Source: an uncultured bacterium (GTDB taxonomy: Bacteria; Chloroflexota; UBA5177; JANWHV01). Taken from it: DNA of 64,000 nt. The notes under the pieces were generated by a model that saw only the letters and a program-made list of their open reading frames with translations, was not told the origin of the DNA and ran no database searches. The stretch is from NCBI GenBank assembly GCA_963827235.1, contig CAWHAE010000014.1:256001-320000 (forward strand), in the 5' to 3' direction. A program made the translations under genes and the position numbers. How positions within the stretch are numbered: the first letter of the stretch is position 1; the number at the start of each line of letters is the position of its first letter. Below, piece by piece: positions 31,907 to 44,251 of this stretch.

Positions 31907-33268
31907 CTACTCTGTGAAATACGTGGCGCCCCATGAGGCCCCGCCTTGGTACGTGGCAGGAAACGTGTTGTAATCCTGGGTCGAGGGACCGTACCAAGGA
32001 TCGTCCAGATCGATGATCGGCACGGCGGGAGTTGAGTTGTCGTACCCAACGATGATGGGATTGTGCCCTCCACCGCCCGTCCAGTAGATGGCTATCGAGA
32101 TCGGGTGGCCGCCATTGATTTCCTGCATCACCGTGGCAAACGATGCCGAGCTCCCTTGTGTCGTGCGCAGGTGCCCGGTAATCGTGAGCGCCCGGTCGGG
32201 GTACCAGGGCTGATTGCATTGCTGCGTCGAGCCGTTCTGGCAGCACGTAGTCTGACTAAAGGCGCGGTTGACGAGCAGGCACTGCGTCCACGTGGACGAA
32301 GGATTGTAGAACAGCGTAACGCTGACCGTCGTGGCCGACCAGCACCATTCCGTCTGCGCCTGATGCTGTTCCGTGAACACGAGCTGCTTCGAGATCTCGG
32401 GCCCATAGAGCCGATAGAGAGGAACGGTGCCCGCGCTGGCGCTCGCGTACACGTCCCCGCAGACACCTTCGTTGCTATATCCCAGATGCTGGACGGCGTT
32501 CTGGAACTCCGCGAGATTGGTGGTGTAGAAGTGGTCGTCGGAGGCACCTTGATAGCCGCGATACAATGGCACCGCGCCGGCCTGCACCTGGGGATAAACG
32601 TAGCAGGCGATACCCTCGCCGGTATAGCCGAGCTTATTCGTGGCGTTGTCTCGCTCCGCCATATTCATGGTGTAGAAGTGCGCTCCGGTTGAAGGATGAT
32701 AGGCTCGGTAGAGCGGCGCGGGCCCCGTGGCCGGCGCCCCGTAGACGTAGCAGGCGATCCCCTCGTCGGCAAAGCCGAGCGTGTGAATTGCGTTCTGCCG
32801 CTCATGCGCATCGGTCGTATAGAAGTGAGTGCTCTTGAAGAGCCTATACAGCGGTAAGGCGCCGCTGACGGTGGCGGCCAAGACGTATCCGCAGATCCCT
32901 TCATAACTGTACCCGAGGTGCTGAACCGCGTTGTTCATCTCCGCGAGATTGGTGGTGTAGAAGTGGTCGTCGCTTGCGCCCCGATATCCGCGGTAGAGCG
33001 GGATAGCGCCCGGATGTTGGGGACCAAAAATGTAGCACGCGATCCCCTCGCCGATATACCGGAGCCTGTTGGTCGCATTATCTCGCTCGGCCATGTTCAT
33101 CGTGTAGAAATGGGCTCCGGTCGCCGGGTGGTAGGCTCGATAGAGCGGCGCCGGTCCCGCGGCGGCCGCTGCGTAGACGTAGCAGGCGACGCCCTCGTCT
33201 TTGAACCCGAGCCGGCTGATCGCATTCAGCCGCTCGCTCGCATCGGTGGTATAGAAGTGTGCCGTCAT
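31907..33268 (-). CDS. Papain-like cysteine protease (C39/C70-like) with two N-terminal DUF5648-like repeat domains
   Basis: Six HFYT..E..G..EG..CYV..PLYR repeats; QAQTEWCWS, GGHNPIIVGYD, DDPWYG triad motifs; GGAGG RBS. Confidence 0.8.
   Translation of the reverse strand: MTAHFYTTDASERLNAISRLGFKDEGVACYVYAAAAAGPAPLYRAYHPATGAHFYTMNMAERDNATNRLRYIGEGIACYIFGPQHPGAIPLYRGYRGASDDHFYTTNLAEMNNAVQHLGYSYEGICGYVLAATVSGALPLYRLFKSTHFYTTDAHERQNAIHTLGFADEGIACYVYGAPATGPAPLYRAYHPSTGAHFYTMNMAERDNATNKLGYTGEGIACYVYPQVQAGAVPLYRGYQGASDDHFYTTNLAEFQNAVQHLGYSNEGVCGDVYASASAGTVPLYRLYGPEISKQLVFTEQHQAQTEWCWSATTVSVTLFYNPSSTWTQCLLVNRAFSQTTCCQNGSTQQCNQPWYPDRALTITGHLRTTQGSSASFATVMQEINGGHPISIAIYWTGGGGHNPIIVGYDNSTPAVPIIDLDDPWYGPSTQDYNTFPATYQGGASWGATYFTE
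32400..33260 (-). repeat. Intragenic tandem duplication, 432-bp period (2 x 3 HFYT repeats)
   Basis: Equivalent His codons at 33259 and 32827. Confidence 0.8.
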
Positions 33269-33682
33269 TGCCTCCTCCTTTGCGTGAACAGCACGTCGAG
33301 ACGCGCCTAGTTGGCACCGTGGTGGCAGAGCTGGGGCCACCGTGGTGCCGCGCGTGGGCCGATGACATGTTGGCGATTCGACCGCGGCTCCCGGGCCCTC
33401 GGCGTCCTGCAAAACGGCCCAGGGAATTGCGACAGTGATTTCAGGTCCGATGAACTGGCTTCCGGCGTCACCGGAAGCTCAAACGCGCCATAATCTGCAG
33501 GGGAGTTGAGATGGCCATCAGATCCAAGCTTCGCGCCGAATGAAGCAAATGCTCTTTGCACGCGACGGATAGGACTCCACACATTGGTCCCATCCGGTGA
33601 CAAACAGCGCAATCGTTGGCGATCGGAACAATCTCTACGTACTCAGCATATACCGGCTGTCAAGCCCGGCAAGCTCCTCTCC

Positions 33683-33896
33683 GAGGGCAATCGCATCTAA
33701 ATCAGCTGGCGAGGATCTGGAGCAAGTAGCGCTGATCCCATCCGGCCTTGAGGCGCTTGGCGTTGACCGCGCGCCCGGCCGTGGACTCGTGCTGCAGGAG
33801 CGTTAGCGCTATGCGCCGCAGCAGCGCAAGGTTGTGGGCCGCGTGTACCGTGCGCACCAGCAGCAACCCAACCTGTTGCGCGTGAGCGGCGCTCAT
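33683..33896 (-). mobile_element. ISAs1-family remnant: transposase C-terminus plus terminal inverted repeat
   Basis: AAHNLALLRRIALTLL...KRLKAGWDQRYL; GAGGGCAATCGCATCTAA terminus. Confidence 0.75.
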
Positions 33897-34060
33897 TCGC
33901 TTCGGGATGCGTCTCGCTCACGGCGTCCGCTCGACGCGCCTGTTGGGCAGTGCCGACCTGCACGCAACCCGGGACGAGCTGGGCAGCCCGCTGATCCACT
34001 GGTTCAGGGGCAGTGTGTTGTTGGAGGAGGAGGCATGTACAGAAGGCTTTGGAGGCGCTC

Positions 34061-34318
34061 ATGCCACCGAAACCGACGCCACTGAGGAAGATGCCGAGGA
34101 CTGCGCGATCCGGTGAGAGTGCGGACGCCTCCCAGCTGGTCAACAGCTTGTTGGCCAGAGCCGAAGAGGCGGAATCCGAGGTGGATCGCATCCGCGGCGC
34201 GCTGTTGAACTCCATCCGCATGCGGAACGCAGCGATCCAGATCTTGCTGGAGTACGCACCCATGCTCGACACGCTGAAGCGCCTTCGCCCACGTTCGGCG
34301 AGACGCTGGAGGCGCTGA
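34061..34318 (+). CDS. Small helical hypothetical protein (island remnant)
   Basis: GGAGG RBS, coiled-coil-like sequence. Confidence 0.35.
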   Translation: MPPKPTPLRKMPRTARSGESADASQLVNSLLARAEEAESEVDRIRGALLNSIRMRNAAIQILLEYAPMLDTLKRLRPRSARRWRR

Positions 34319-34353
34319 CGGACGATCTCGACTCCGGAGAGATCATCACCGAG

Positions 34354-34640
34354 ATGCACGGATCGCGACCTCGTGTGCGCGACCCCTTCGGCCAGCCCTG
34401 GCGCTCATCCACCGTGACGCACCGCTTCCCGAAGATGTGCAAGGCGGCCGGCGTGCGGCCCTTCACGCAGCACGGGACCAGGAACACATTCGTGTCGCTG
34501 CCGGGGGCTATGGGCTACGCCATGCACCAAATCTCGCGGATGGCATGGCATGCGCCGGTCGCCACGACGCAGCGGATCTACGCCTATCCATACGACGCGC
34601 GGCTGCGCCAACTTGAGGGCAGCCTGAGCTCGCTATTGCG
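34354..34640 (+). pseudogene. Tyrosine recombinase/integrase C-terminal remnant
   Basis: Degenerate HxxR (HGTRNT), xH (AWHA) and TTQRIY motifs; abuts the tRNA 3' end. Confidence 0.75.
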
Positions 34641-34735
34641 GGTTCCGGCGCCAGATCCCACACGAAATCCCACAGGGAGACAAAGCGAACCCCCTCCGGA
34701 GCCCCCAGACGCGGGAACTCCAGAGGGGGATGGGG

Positions 34736-34808
34736 TACACCCGTGGGGACTCGGACCCCAAACCTTCAGATCCGCAATCTGATGCTCTATCCATTGAGCT
34801 ACGGGTGC
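34736..34808 (-). tRNA. tRNA-Arg(GCG)
   Basis: GCACCCG acceptor stem, GCTC D-stem, TCAGA-TTGCGGA-TCTGA anticodon arm, TGGGG-TCCGAGT-CCCCA T-arm. Confidence 0.9.
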
Positions 34809-34824
34809 ATTGGCTTGCCCTAGT

Positions 34825-34853
34825 AGTATAGCGAGCCGTTGAGTGCCATGCAA
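34825..34853 (-). promoter_or_regulatory. tRNA promoter
   Basis: TTGCAT-N17-TATACT. Confidence 0.6.
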
Positions 34854-34956
34854 TCTAGGCGAGGCGCTCGGCGCCCGGTATCTGTGCTCCAGCAGGAGGC
34901 GCGACATACTGGTATGTACCGGCCGGCAGCTTCTCTGTACTCGACGCGACCGGCGT

Positions 34957-36888
34957 CTAGCTCGCGGTGGCCGTGGACTGCCTGGTCGCTGGCGCGGCGG
35001 TCGCGGTAGCCGGTAGCACTTCGGGAGCGGCAGTCGCCGAAGCAGCACCGGTCGAAGCCGTGGAGGACGATACCACGGTCGAGGACTGCGACTGCGGCAG
35101 CGCAGGCGAGGCAGTGGCCGGGCGCGCGGTAACCGAGGGCGTGGCGGACGGCACAGGCGTCAAGAAGTCCGGCGCCACGATAGCCGGCGGCGGCGTGGGC
35201 GTATCGCGGTGACCGGACCTGCCGCCCGCCGGAGTGGGGCTCGTCCGCGACGGCGTGGCACTCGCGCGCGCTCGAGTCGGGCCTGCGGCAGACGGCGTAG
35301 AGCTCCCCTGCGGTCCGGCCGCCGGCTTGACAGGTTTGGCGGTGGCAATTGGTCGCGGCCCGATCGCGATCCGCGCTGTGGGCGATGGCAGAGCCATGGG
35401 TGTGTGCAGCGCCGGAGGCAGGTTGTCGCCGAGTATCAGTCCCTCCGTCACAAGGCTGCGGATACCGAGCGGCCCAGCGTAGACGTAGCCCTCAGGATCG
35501 TCGGGGCCGGCGCTCCACACGAGCTCCGCGTATTCAAAGTATTGCACCAGCTTCCCACCCTGTTCTCTCTTTTGCGTGATCGGATAGCCAAAGGTCGCCG
35601 GTCCACCTTCGGCAAGATAGTACTCGAGAAACCGATTCGTCACCGTATGGCCCGTCTGCGGGTAGTAGCGCGAAGAAGTGCTGTTCTTGACCTTCGCCAC
35701 GCGCACCAGCCAGCTCCGCTGCGGAATGGCCGCGAAGCCCAAAAGTACGGGCGCCACCGTGTGCGCGAAGGGCTCGTACACGAGCTGCTGGGCCGAGAAG
35801 AACTGAGTGAGCGTGCCGTCGTCGTCCACTGCCTCCGTGTAGGGAGCGCCTAGTGCCGCAAACCCGCCGTGCTTCCTGAAGTAGGAGAGAAATGCGCCGT
35901 TCACCGAGTGGCCGGAATATGGGAAGTACCACAGGGGGTTGCTTCTCGGGCCGCTGATCACGACCTGGTCGGGCGTGTCACCCGTGTGACCGGACGGCAC
36001 CCAGGTGAAATCGTGCAGTGCGTAGTTCATCAGGTCGCGCGCATCGGTAAAGAGGTTCGGCGTGTTCAGTATCGCCGCCATGATGTGGTGGCCGTCCCGC
36101 GTCACGTCTATCACCTGGCAGATCCCGGCTCCGCTCGTCCAGCCTGGCTTTATGCCGTCGGCACCCGGATACCACTGTATGAAGTAGTTGACGGTCTCTA
36201 GGTCGTGTTCGCGATTGTGCTTCGTCGCGGGCACGACGAAGCTCTGGGTACTCACGATTTTTCGAAACAGCGGGTAGCGCATCGCATAACGAGCCAGGGT
36301 GACAAGGTCTCCGGCCGACGTATAGTGCGCGGGGTCGTCGCCGTCCGGCGAGCTCGTGAATCCGTACGGGTTGACGTAGTGCGTGTGCGTGAGGTGAAGC
36401 TGGTGAGCGCGCGCGTTCATCATGGCAACGAACTTGGGCACCGATCCAGCTACGTGCTCCGCAATGGCGATGGCAGCATCGTTTCCCGACGGTATAAGAA
36501 GACCGTACAGGAGGTACGTCATCGAGATACGCTCGCCCTTCTCCAGCCCCATCGTGGTTTCACCGACCGTGGCGGCTGCCTTGCTCACGCGCACCAGGTC
36601 TTGAAGGTGCCCGTGCTCGATTGCAAGCACCGCGGTCATGATCTTGGTGGTACTGGCCATGGGCAGCGGTCTATCGGCGTGGTAGAGGCGCAACCACTTG
36701 CCGCTGTCGAGGTCCATCACCGCGACGGCAGAAGCGAGAACGGGCGGCTCCGGATAGGCAAGCGTCGTGGTCTGCGGTCCGATTCCCCCGGCCAGGGCCG
36801 CCGCCTCACGCTGAATGGACGCCGAGCCCGCGCACAGCAAGGAGGCCAGAAGGAGAAGGGCCAGAACCCGCCGCCGCAATGTTGCCAT
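34957..36888 (-). CDS. D-alanyl-D-alanine carboxypeptidase (S11) with Chloroflexi-type repeats and Pro/Thr/Ser tail
   Basis: Signal peptide, STTK, SGN, KPG motifs; YFPYSGH and YYPQTGH repeats. Confidence 0.88.
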   Translation of the reverse strand: MATLRRRVLALLLLASLLCAGSASIQREAAALAGGIGPQTTTLAYPEPPVLASAVAVMDLDSGKWLRLYHADRPLPMASTTKIMTAVLAIEHGHLQDLVRVSKAAATVGETTMGLEKGERISMTYLLYGLLIPSGNDAAIAIAEHVAGSVPKFVAMMNARAHQLHLTHTHYVNPYGFTSSPDGDDPAHYTSAGDLVTLARYAMRYPLFRKIVSTQSFVVPATKHNREHDLETVNYFIQWYPGADGIKPGWTSGAGICQVIDVTRDGHHIMAAILNTPNLFTDARDLMNYALHDFTWVPSGHTGDTPDQVVISGPRSNPLWYFPYSGHSVNGAFLSYFRKHGGFAALGAPYTEAVDDDGTLTQFFSAQQLVYEPFAHTVAPVLLGFAAIPQRSWLVRVAKVKNSTSSRYYPQTGHTVTNRFLEYYLAEGGPATFGYPITQKREQGGKLVQYFEYAELVWSAGPDDPEGYVYAGPLGIRSLVTEGLILGDNLPPALHTPMALPSPTARIAIGPRPIATAKPVKPAAGPQGSSTPSAAGPTRARASATPSRTSPTPAGGRSGHRDTPTPPPAIVAPDFLTPVPSATPSVTARPATASPALPQSQSSTVVSSSTASTGAASATAAPEVLPATATAAPATRQSTATAS

Positions 36889-36972
36889 GGTCCAATCCGG
36901 CTGCTACTCGCACGGGGCCCCTCTGGCCACGCAGCGCCACAGTACGATACGCCGCCTGACCTGTCAATGCCG

Positions 36973-38550
36973 TTATGGCGATACCTGGCCGCCGTATTCG
37001 CCCCAGACGTTGCGCAGAACGTTGCATATCTCGCCGATCGTCGCGTAGGCGGCAAGCGCCCGCTTGAGCGATGGCAGCATGTTGCCCGTACCTTGCGCCG
37101 TCGCGCGAACCTCCTCAAGCGCCTCGGCGACAGCAGAGACACTGCGGCCGGCCTTGACCTCCCCGAGCGACTGGATCTGGGCCACCTGTCCCTCGGGATC
37201 GACCTTGTGCAGCGGGAGCATCGTGTGTTCATCCGTGCGCTGGAAATTCACACCCACCACGATCTTCTGCCCGGCCTGCACGGCAAGCTGTTCGTCATAA
37301 GCGCTGGTCTCGATGCAGCCCTGCATGAAGCCGGACTCGATTGCCGCCACGGCGCCGCCCCGAGAGTCGATCTCGGCGATGAGCTCGCTTGCCCGCAGCT
37401 CAATCTCGTCCGTGAGGTGCTCCACGTAGTACGACCCGCCCAGTGGATCGGCTGTAGCCGCGATCCCGGTTTCCATGCCGATGATCTGCTGCGTGCGCAG
37501 TGCGAGGGTTGCCGAATCGGCCGTGGGCAACGCCAGGGCCTCGTCGTAGCTGTTGGCATGCAGGCTCTGGGTGCCTCCCAGCACCGCGGACAGGGCCTGG
37601 AGAGTCACGCGTACGACGTTGTTCAGTGGCTGCTGCGCAGTGAGCGCGCTGCCCGCTGTCTGGGTGTGGAAGCGCATAAGCTGCGATCCGGCGTGCTCGC
37701 ACTTGAAGCGTTGGCGTATGATTGTCGCCCAGAGCCTGCGGGCGGCACGGAACTTGGCGATCTCCTCGAAGAAGTCACTCTGAGCGTTGAAGAAGAAGGA
37801 GAGTCGCGGAGCAAACTGCTCTATCTTCAGCCCGGCTGCCAGGGCGCTCTCGATATAGGCGATCCCGTTCGCCAACGTGAAGGCGAGCTCCTGCACCGCG
37901 GTCGCGCCCGCTTCGCGGATGTGGTAGCCGCTGATGCTGATCGTGTTCCACTGCGGGATCTCCACGCTGCAGTAGGCGAAGCTGTCGGTGATTAGGCGCA
38001 TCGACGGGCGCGGAGGAAAGATATACGTGCCCCGAGCCACATATTCCTTCAGGATGTCGTTCTGCACCGTTCCGCGCAACGACGTGGCCGGCACCCCTTG
38101 CTTCTCCGCGGCAAGCACGTACAAAAGCAACAGCATCGCCGCCGTGGAGTTGATCGTCATGGACGTGCTCACCTTGTCAAGCGGTATGCCGTCGAAGAGA
38201 CGGTCCATGTCCGCACGTGTGTCGATTGCCACGCCGACTCTGCCGACTTCGCCGTCTGAAAGGGGATGGTCGGAGTCGAAGCCAATCTGTGTTGGCAGAT
38301 CGAAGGCGACGCTGAGGCCGGTGCCGCCGCTCTCGAGCAGCAGCTTGAAGCGCCGATTCGATTCCGCCGCCGACGCGTACCCGGCATACTGCCTTATGGT
38401 CCACAGCCGATTGCGATACATCTCGGGATAGACGCCGCGCGTGTACGGATACCGCCCGGGAACCGATCGATCGGCGTCGGCCGGCGCCTCTGCGTACAGC
38501 GGTTCGATGGGGATACCGGAACCGGTCACCGGACGAGCCTGCTCTGTCAT
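36973..38550 (-). CDS. Methylmalonyl-CoA mutase family, substrate-binding subunit
   Basis: [40 protein letters not shown]; no B12 domain. Confidence 0.92.
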   Translation of the reverse strand: MTEQARPVTGSGIPIEPLYAEAPADADRSVPGRYPYTRGVYPEMYRNRLWTIRQYAGYASAAESNRRFKLLLESGGTGLSVAFDLPTQIGFDSDHPLSDGEVGRVGVAIDTRADMDRLFDGIPLDKVSTSMTINSTAAMLLLLYVLAAEKQGVPATSLRGTVQNDILKEYVARGTYIFPPRPSMRLITDSFAYCSVEIPQWNTISISGYHIREAGATAVQELAFTLANGIAYIESALAAGLKIEQFAPRLSFFFNAQSDFFEEIAKFRAARRLWATIIRQRFKCEHAGSQLMRFHTQTAGSALTAQQPLNNVVRVTLQALSAVLGGTQSLHANSYDEALALPTADSATLALRTQQIIGMETGIAATADPLGGSYYVEHLTDEIELRASELIAEIDSRGGAVAAIESGFMQGCIETSAYDEQLAVQAGQKIVVGVNFQRTDEHTMLPLHKVDPEGQVAQIQSLGEVKAGRSVSAVAEALEEVRATAQGTGNMLPSLKRALAAYATIGEICNVLRNVWGEYGGQVSP

Positions 38551-38623
38551 CTCATTCTACTCGCATACCATACTGAGCCTGTGATCTCGAGGTCGACAAT
38601 GCCTTGGCGAGCCGCCGTACTCC

Positions 38624-39523
38624 TCACGTCGCATCGGTCGACTGGTCGAGCGCGCCGCGCACCAGGCGGGCAATGTCCGGTATGCTGTCGGCTACCGGGA
38701 ACCCGCGTGTACGAAACGCCGCCACCTTCGACTCAGGACCGCCCATACCACCGCTGATGATCGCACCCGCGTGTCCCATGCGCTTGCCTGGGGGCGCGCT
38801 GCGACCCGATATGAAGGTGACGACCGGTTTGCGCACCGCCGGATCGAGACCCTCCAGGTAGGCCGCCGCCTCTTCCTCATCGCTGCCGCCGATCTCGCCG
38901 ATCAATACGACGGCGTCGGTTGCCGGGTCTGCCTGGAACAGGCGCAGAATGTCCACGAAAGTGGATCCGATCACCGGGTCACCACCGATGCCCACGCAGG
39001 TACTCTGGCCCAGTCCCGCGGCGCTGAGCAGATCGCCCACCTCGTAGGTCAGCGTGCCGCTGCGCGAGATCATGCCCACGCGGCCCGGCGAGAACACGTC
39101 GCCCGGCATGATGCCGACCTTAGCGGCACCCGGCGTGATCACTCCCGGGCAGTTGGGGCCAATGAGCCTGGAAGCGGGGAAATCCTGCAGGTAGCGCGCA
39201 ACGCGCACCATGTCGTGTATGGGAATTCCCTCGCTCAGACACACTATCAGGCCGACGCCGGCACTTGCTGCCTCCATGATCGCGTCGCCTGCTCCTGGCG
39301 CGGGCACGAAGATGACAGACGTGTTCGCGCCGGTCGCATCTACCGCCTCCTGAACGGAATCATGCACCGCAACGGCGCCCTGGCGCAGCCCTCCCTTCCC
39401 AGGGGTGACACCTGCTACCACCTGAGTGCCGTAAGCCACCATCTGCGCGGTGTGAAAGGCGCCGTCGCGCCCCGTGATACCCTGCACCACCAACCGCGTG
39501 CCGGCGTCTACAAGAATCGACAT
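38624..39523 (-). CDS. sucD: Succinyl-CoA synthetase alpha subunit
   Basis: [26 protein letters not shown]. Confidence 0.94.
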   Translation of the reverse strand: MSILVDAGTRLVVQGITGRDGAFHTAQMVAYGTQVVAGVTPGKGGLRQGAVAVHDSVQEAVDATGANTSVIFVPAPGAGDAIMEAASAGVGLIVCLSEGIPIHDMVRVARYLQDFPASRLIGPNCPGVITPGAAKVGIMPGDVFSPGRVGMISRSGTLTYEVGDLLSAAGLGQSTCVGIGGDPVIGSTFVDILRLFQADPATDAVVLIGEIGGSDEEEAAAYLEGLDPAVRKPVVTFISGRSAPPGKRMGHAGAIISGGMGGPESKVAAFRTRGFPVADSIPDIARLVRGALDQSTDAT

Positions 39524-39622
39524 CTGTTCCTCCCGCAATCACGAGCAACCGCGCTTAATAGGATCGGCGCGCGTGGGACAGCTCCTGCGCCGTCAGGGCG
39601 AGAGCTACGATGACACGGCGTC

Positions 39623-41692
<2,070 letters not shown>

Positions 41693-42259
41693 CTAGTTTT
41701 CAGTCACGGTTACCGAGTTGATCACCACTCGCTCGCGAGGCGAAGATCGTTCGGGTCCGCCGACCGGGGTGGCCGCAATCTTGTCGACAACCTCCATGCC
41801 TTGCGTCACCTCACCGAAAATCGTGTAGCTCGGCGGCAGTCGTGTGCCGCTCGGACCCTGCACGATGAAGAACTGGCTCCCGTTAGTGTTCGGTCCCGCG
41901 TTCGCCATCGCCAGCGTGCCGAGCTTGTACGGAGTCACCACCGGCTCATCGTCGAAGCGGTAGCCAGGACCACCCGTCCCGGTGCCCGTCGGGTCGCCAC
42001 CCTGAATCATGAAGCCCTTTATGACGCGATGGAAGATGGCGCCATCATAGAACCCCTGGGTGGCAAGGAATACAAAGTTGTTGACAGTCTTTGGCGCCAC
42101 GTCGCCGAACAGACTGATCGTGATCTCTCCAAAGTTGGTGTCAAGCTTGGCCGTGTAGGTCTTCGTGGCATCCAACGCCATCGCGGGTGCCTGGCCCCAC
42201 TTGTTTCTCCCCTGGGGCCGTTGACCGGCCGTCGAAAACCCCTCGAGCATGGCTCTCAC
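41693..42259 (-). CDS. Cyclophilin-type peptidyl-prolyl isomerase
   Basis: FHRVIKGFMIQGGDP, AMANAG, NGSQFF. Confidence 0.93.
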   Translation of the reverse strand: MRAMLEGFSTAGQRPQGRNKWGQAPAMALDATKTYTAKLDTNFGEITISLFGDVAPKTVNNFVFLATQGFYDGAIFHRVIKGFMIQGGDPTGTGTGGPGYRFDDEPVVTPYKLGTLAMANAGPNTNGSQFFIVQGPSGTRLPPSYTIFGEVTQGMEVVDKIAATPVGGPERSSPRERVVINSVTVTEN

Positions 42260-42397
42260 CCCATTTCACGCATGGACCTTTACCGCTTGCGCCACCTTGG
42301 CGCACAGCGCGAATGGCCGACCGGAGGTGCGGCAGGCCGCTGACCGACCACCTCCCCACCCGTTGTGGAGATTGGCCGCGCAGCAGCCTGCCCGCGC

Positions 42398-43219
42398 TCA
42401 CGACACCTGAATGGTAACCCTGGTAATCTTGACCGGCTTGACCGGCGAGCTGCTCTCGCCCTGCGAGTTCGCCTTGACCGCCGCCTGGGCAATTGTGTTG
42501 ACAACGGCCTGTCCCGCGGTCACATGTCCGAATAGCGAGTAGCTTCGCGGCAGCGCCACGCCCTGAGGCCCCTGGATGATGAAGAACTGGCTGCCGGCAG
42601 TATTGGCTTGACCGGTGTTCGCCATCGCCAGGTCGCCGATCTGATATGCCCTGGGTACTGAATCGTCCTTGATCGTGTAGCCCGGTCCACCGGTGCCCGT
42701 CCCAGTGGGATCACCGCCCTGGATCATGAAACCGGAGATTACCCTGTGGAAGATGATCCCGTTGAAGAAGTCGTGACAGGCCAGGAAGACGAAATTGTTA
42801 GCGGCGACCGGTCCTAGTTTTGGCAGGATGCTTGCCTTGACCAGGCCGTACGTGGTGAAGATATTGGCCACATAGGTCTTGCTTGCATCGATCACCGTCG
42901 AGGGCGCGGCGCCCCACTTCCTGGATCCTTCGGGCTTGTTTCCGGCCTTGGCGAACGGAGCGCAAGCTGAGCTGTTGGCGGCTAGCTCGGCCTTGCTGGG
43001 CACGACGGGGGTACTGATGGCTACCGTGGGCATCGGCGTCGCCGTCTTGGTCGGCGACCGCGGAGGTTGCGTCGGCGCAGGAGTGAATGTGGGCGTGGCG
43101 CCGGGCGCGGCCGTGGTGGTCGGGTTGGTTTCTTGTGCCAGCAGGAAGACGGCGATCACTGTCGCCACCACTGCCACCGCGGCGATGAGTCCGAATATCA
43201 CTGGGAAGGGATCGCGCAC
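42398..43219 (-). CDS. Membrane-anchored cyclophilin-type PPIase (true start possibly 43371 via a 1-bp frameshift)
   Basis: N-terminal transmembrane helix, PT linker, FHRVISGFMIQGGDP. Confidence 0.88.
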   Translation of the reverse strand: MRDPFPVIFGLIAAVAVVATVIAVFLLAQETNPTTTAAPGATPTFTPAPTQPPRSPTKTATPMPTVAISTPVVPSKAELAANSSACAPFAKAGNKPEGSRKWGAAPSTVIDASKTYVANIFTTYGLVKASILPKLGPVAANNFVFLACHDFFNGIIFHRVISGFMIQGGDPTGTGTGGPGYTIKDDSVPRAYQIGDLAMANTGQANTAGSQFFIIQGPQGVALPRSYSLFGHVTAGQAVVNTIAQAAVKANSQGESSSPVKPVKITRVTIQVS

Positions 43220-43669
43220 CGCCGGCCTGCCGCCTGCCGGCCGAGACTTGGCGCGCGCGGTCGGCCCGGCACGCTACCAGCGGCGCGGGGGCCGTCCGGC
43301 GCATCGCCACCGGCGCGAGGGCTGTCCGGTTTTGCGGAGCTGTCAGTGGGGTCGTTCGGTCCGGTACTCATCCGTCAAATCGTCTCCTGCTCATCACACT
43401 CGCCGATCGCTGCCTGTAGGCGCAGGCGCGCAGCCGGTTACACCATACATGCGCGGATTTGAACATGTCAAAAGGTAAGGATACGCGGATTCTTTGACCT
43501 GCACCGAATCTATGTGCTAGCATGCTGCAGTAAACGTCGGACCACCGTGCGGCGGACGTATTTTTGCGCCTCGCGGCGGCGGTGGGCGGAGAGACATTGT
43601 GATGCCGGCCATGCCACGACCGCTGGCTCGTTGGCATCCGGTCATCAGGGGTGGTGGAAGGGTTGTTTG

Positions 43670-43876
43670 ATGCCTAAGCTGAAGACGCATAAGGGAAGTG
43701 CTAAGCGCTTTCAATACAGTGGAAGCGGCAAGGCTATGCTTCCCAAAGCGTGGAAGAACCACAAACGCAGTGCCCGCTCGCGCCGTTCGCGCGCCCTGAT
43801 GGGCCACATGCTGATCGCTCATAAGGGCGATGCCAAGCGGATCCAGAAGCTCATTCCGTATGGGGACCCGCGCTAG
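43670..43876 (+). CDS. rpmI: 50S ribosomal protein L35
   Basis: MPKLKTHKGSAKRF. Confidence 0.93.
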   Translation: MPKLKTHKGSAKRFQYSGSGKAMLPKAWKNHKRSARSRRSRALMGHMLIAHKGDAKRIQKLIPYGDPR

Positions 43877-43903
43877 CGGTACTGCAGCAGGAGAAGTGAG
43901 GAA

Positions 43904-44251
43904 ATGCCTCGAGTGAAGCGTGGCGTGCCGGCGCATAAGCGGCACAAGAAAGTGTTGGCCCTGACCAAGGGTCACTGGGGTGGACGGCACCGGCTCTATC
44001 GCACCGCTCACGAGTCAATGCTGCACGCCCTCGCCTATTCGTACCGCGATCGCCGCAATCGGAAGCGCGACTTCCGCCGCCTGTGGATCCAGCGTATCAA
44101 TGCTGCCGCTAGGCTGCATGGGCTCTCCTATAGTCGCTTCATTGCCGGCTTGATCAGGGCCCACGTGACCATCGACCGGAAGATCCTGGCCGAGCTGGCG
44201 GTCAGCGATCCCAACGCCTTTGCCGAACTCACGAAGATCGCCGGGGCCTGA
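43904..44251 (+). CDS. rplT: 50S ribosomal protein L20
   Basis: [22 protein letters not shown]. Confidence 0.96.
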   Translation: MPRVKRGVPAHKRHKKVLALTKGHWGGRHRLYRTAHESMLHALAYSYRDRRNRKRDFRRLWIQRINAAARLHGLSYSRFIAGLIRAHVTIDRKILAELAVSDPNAFAELTKIAGA

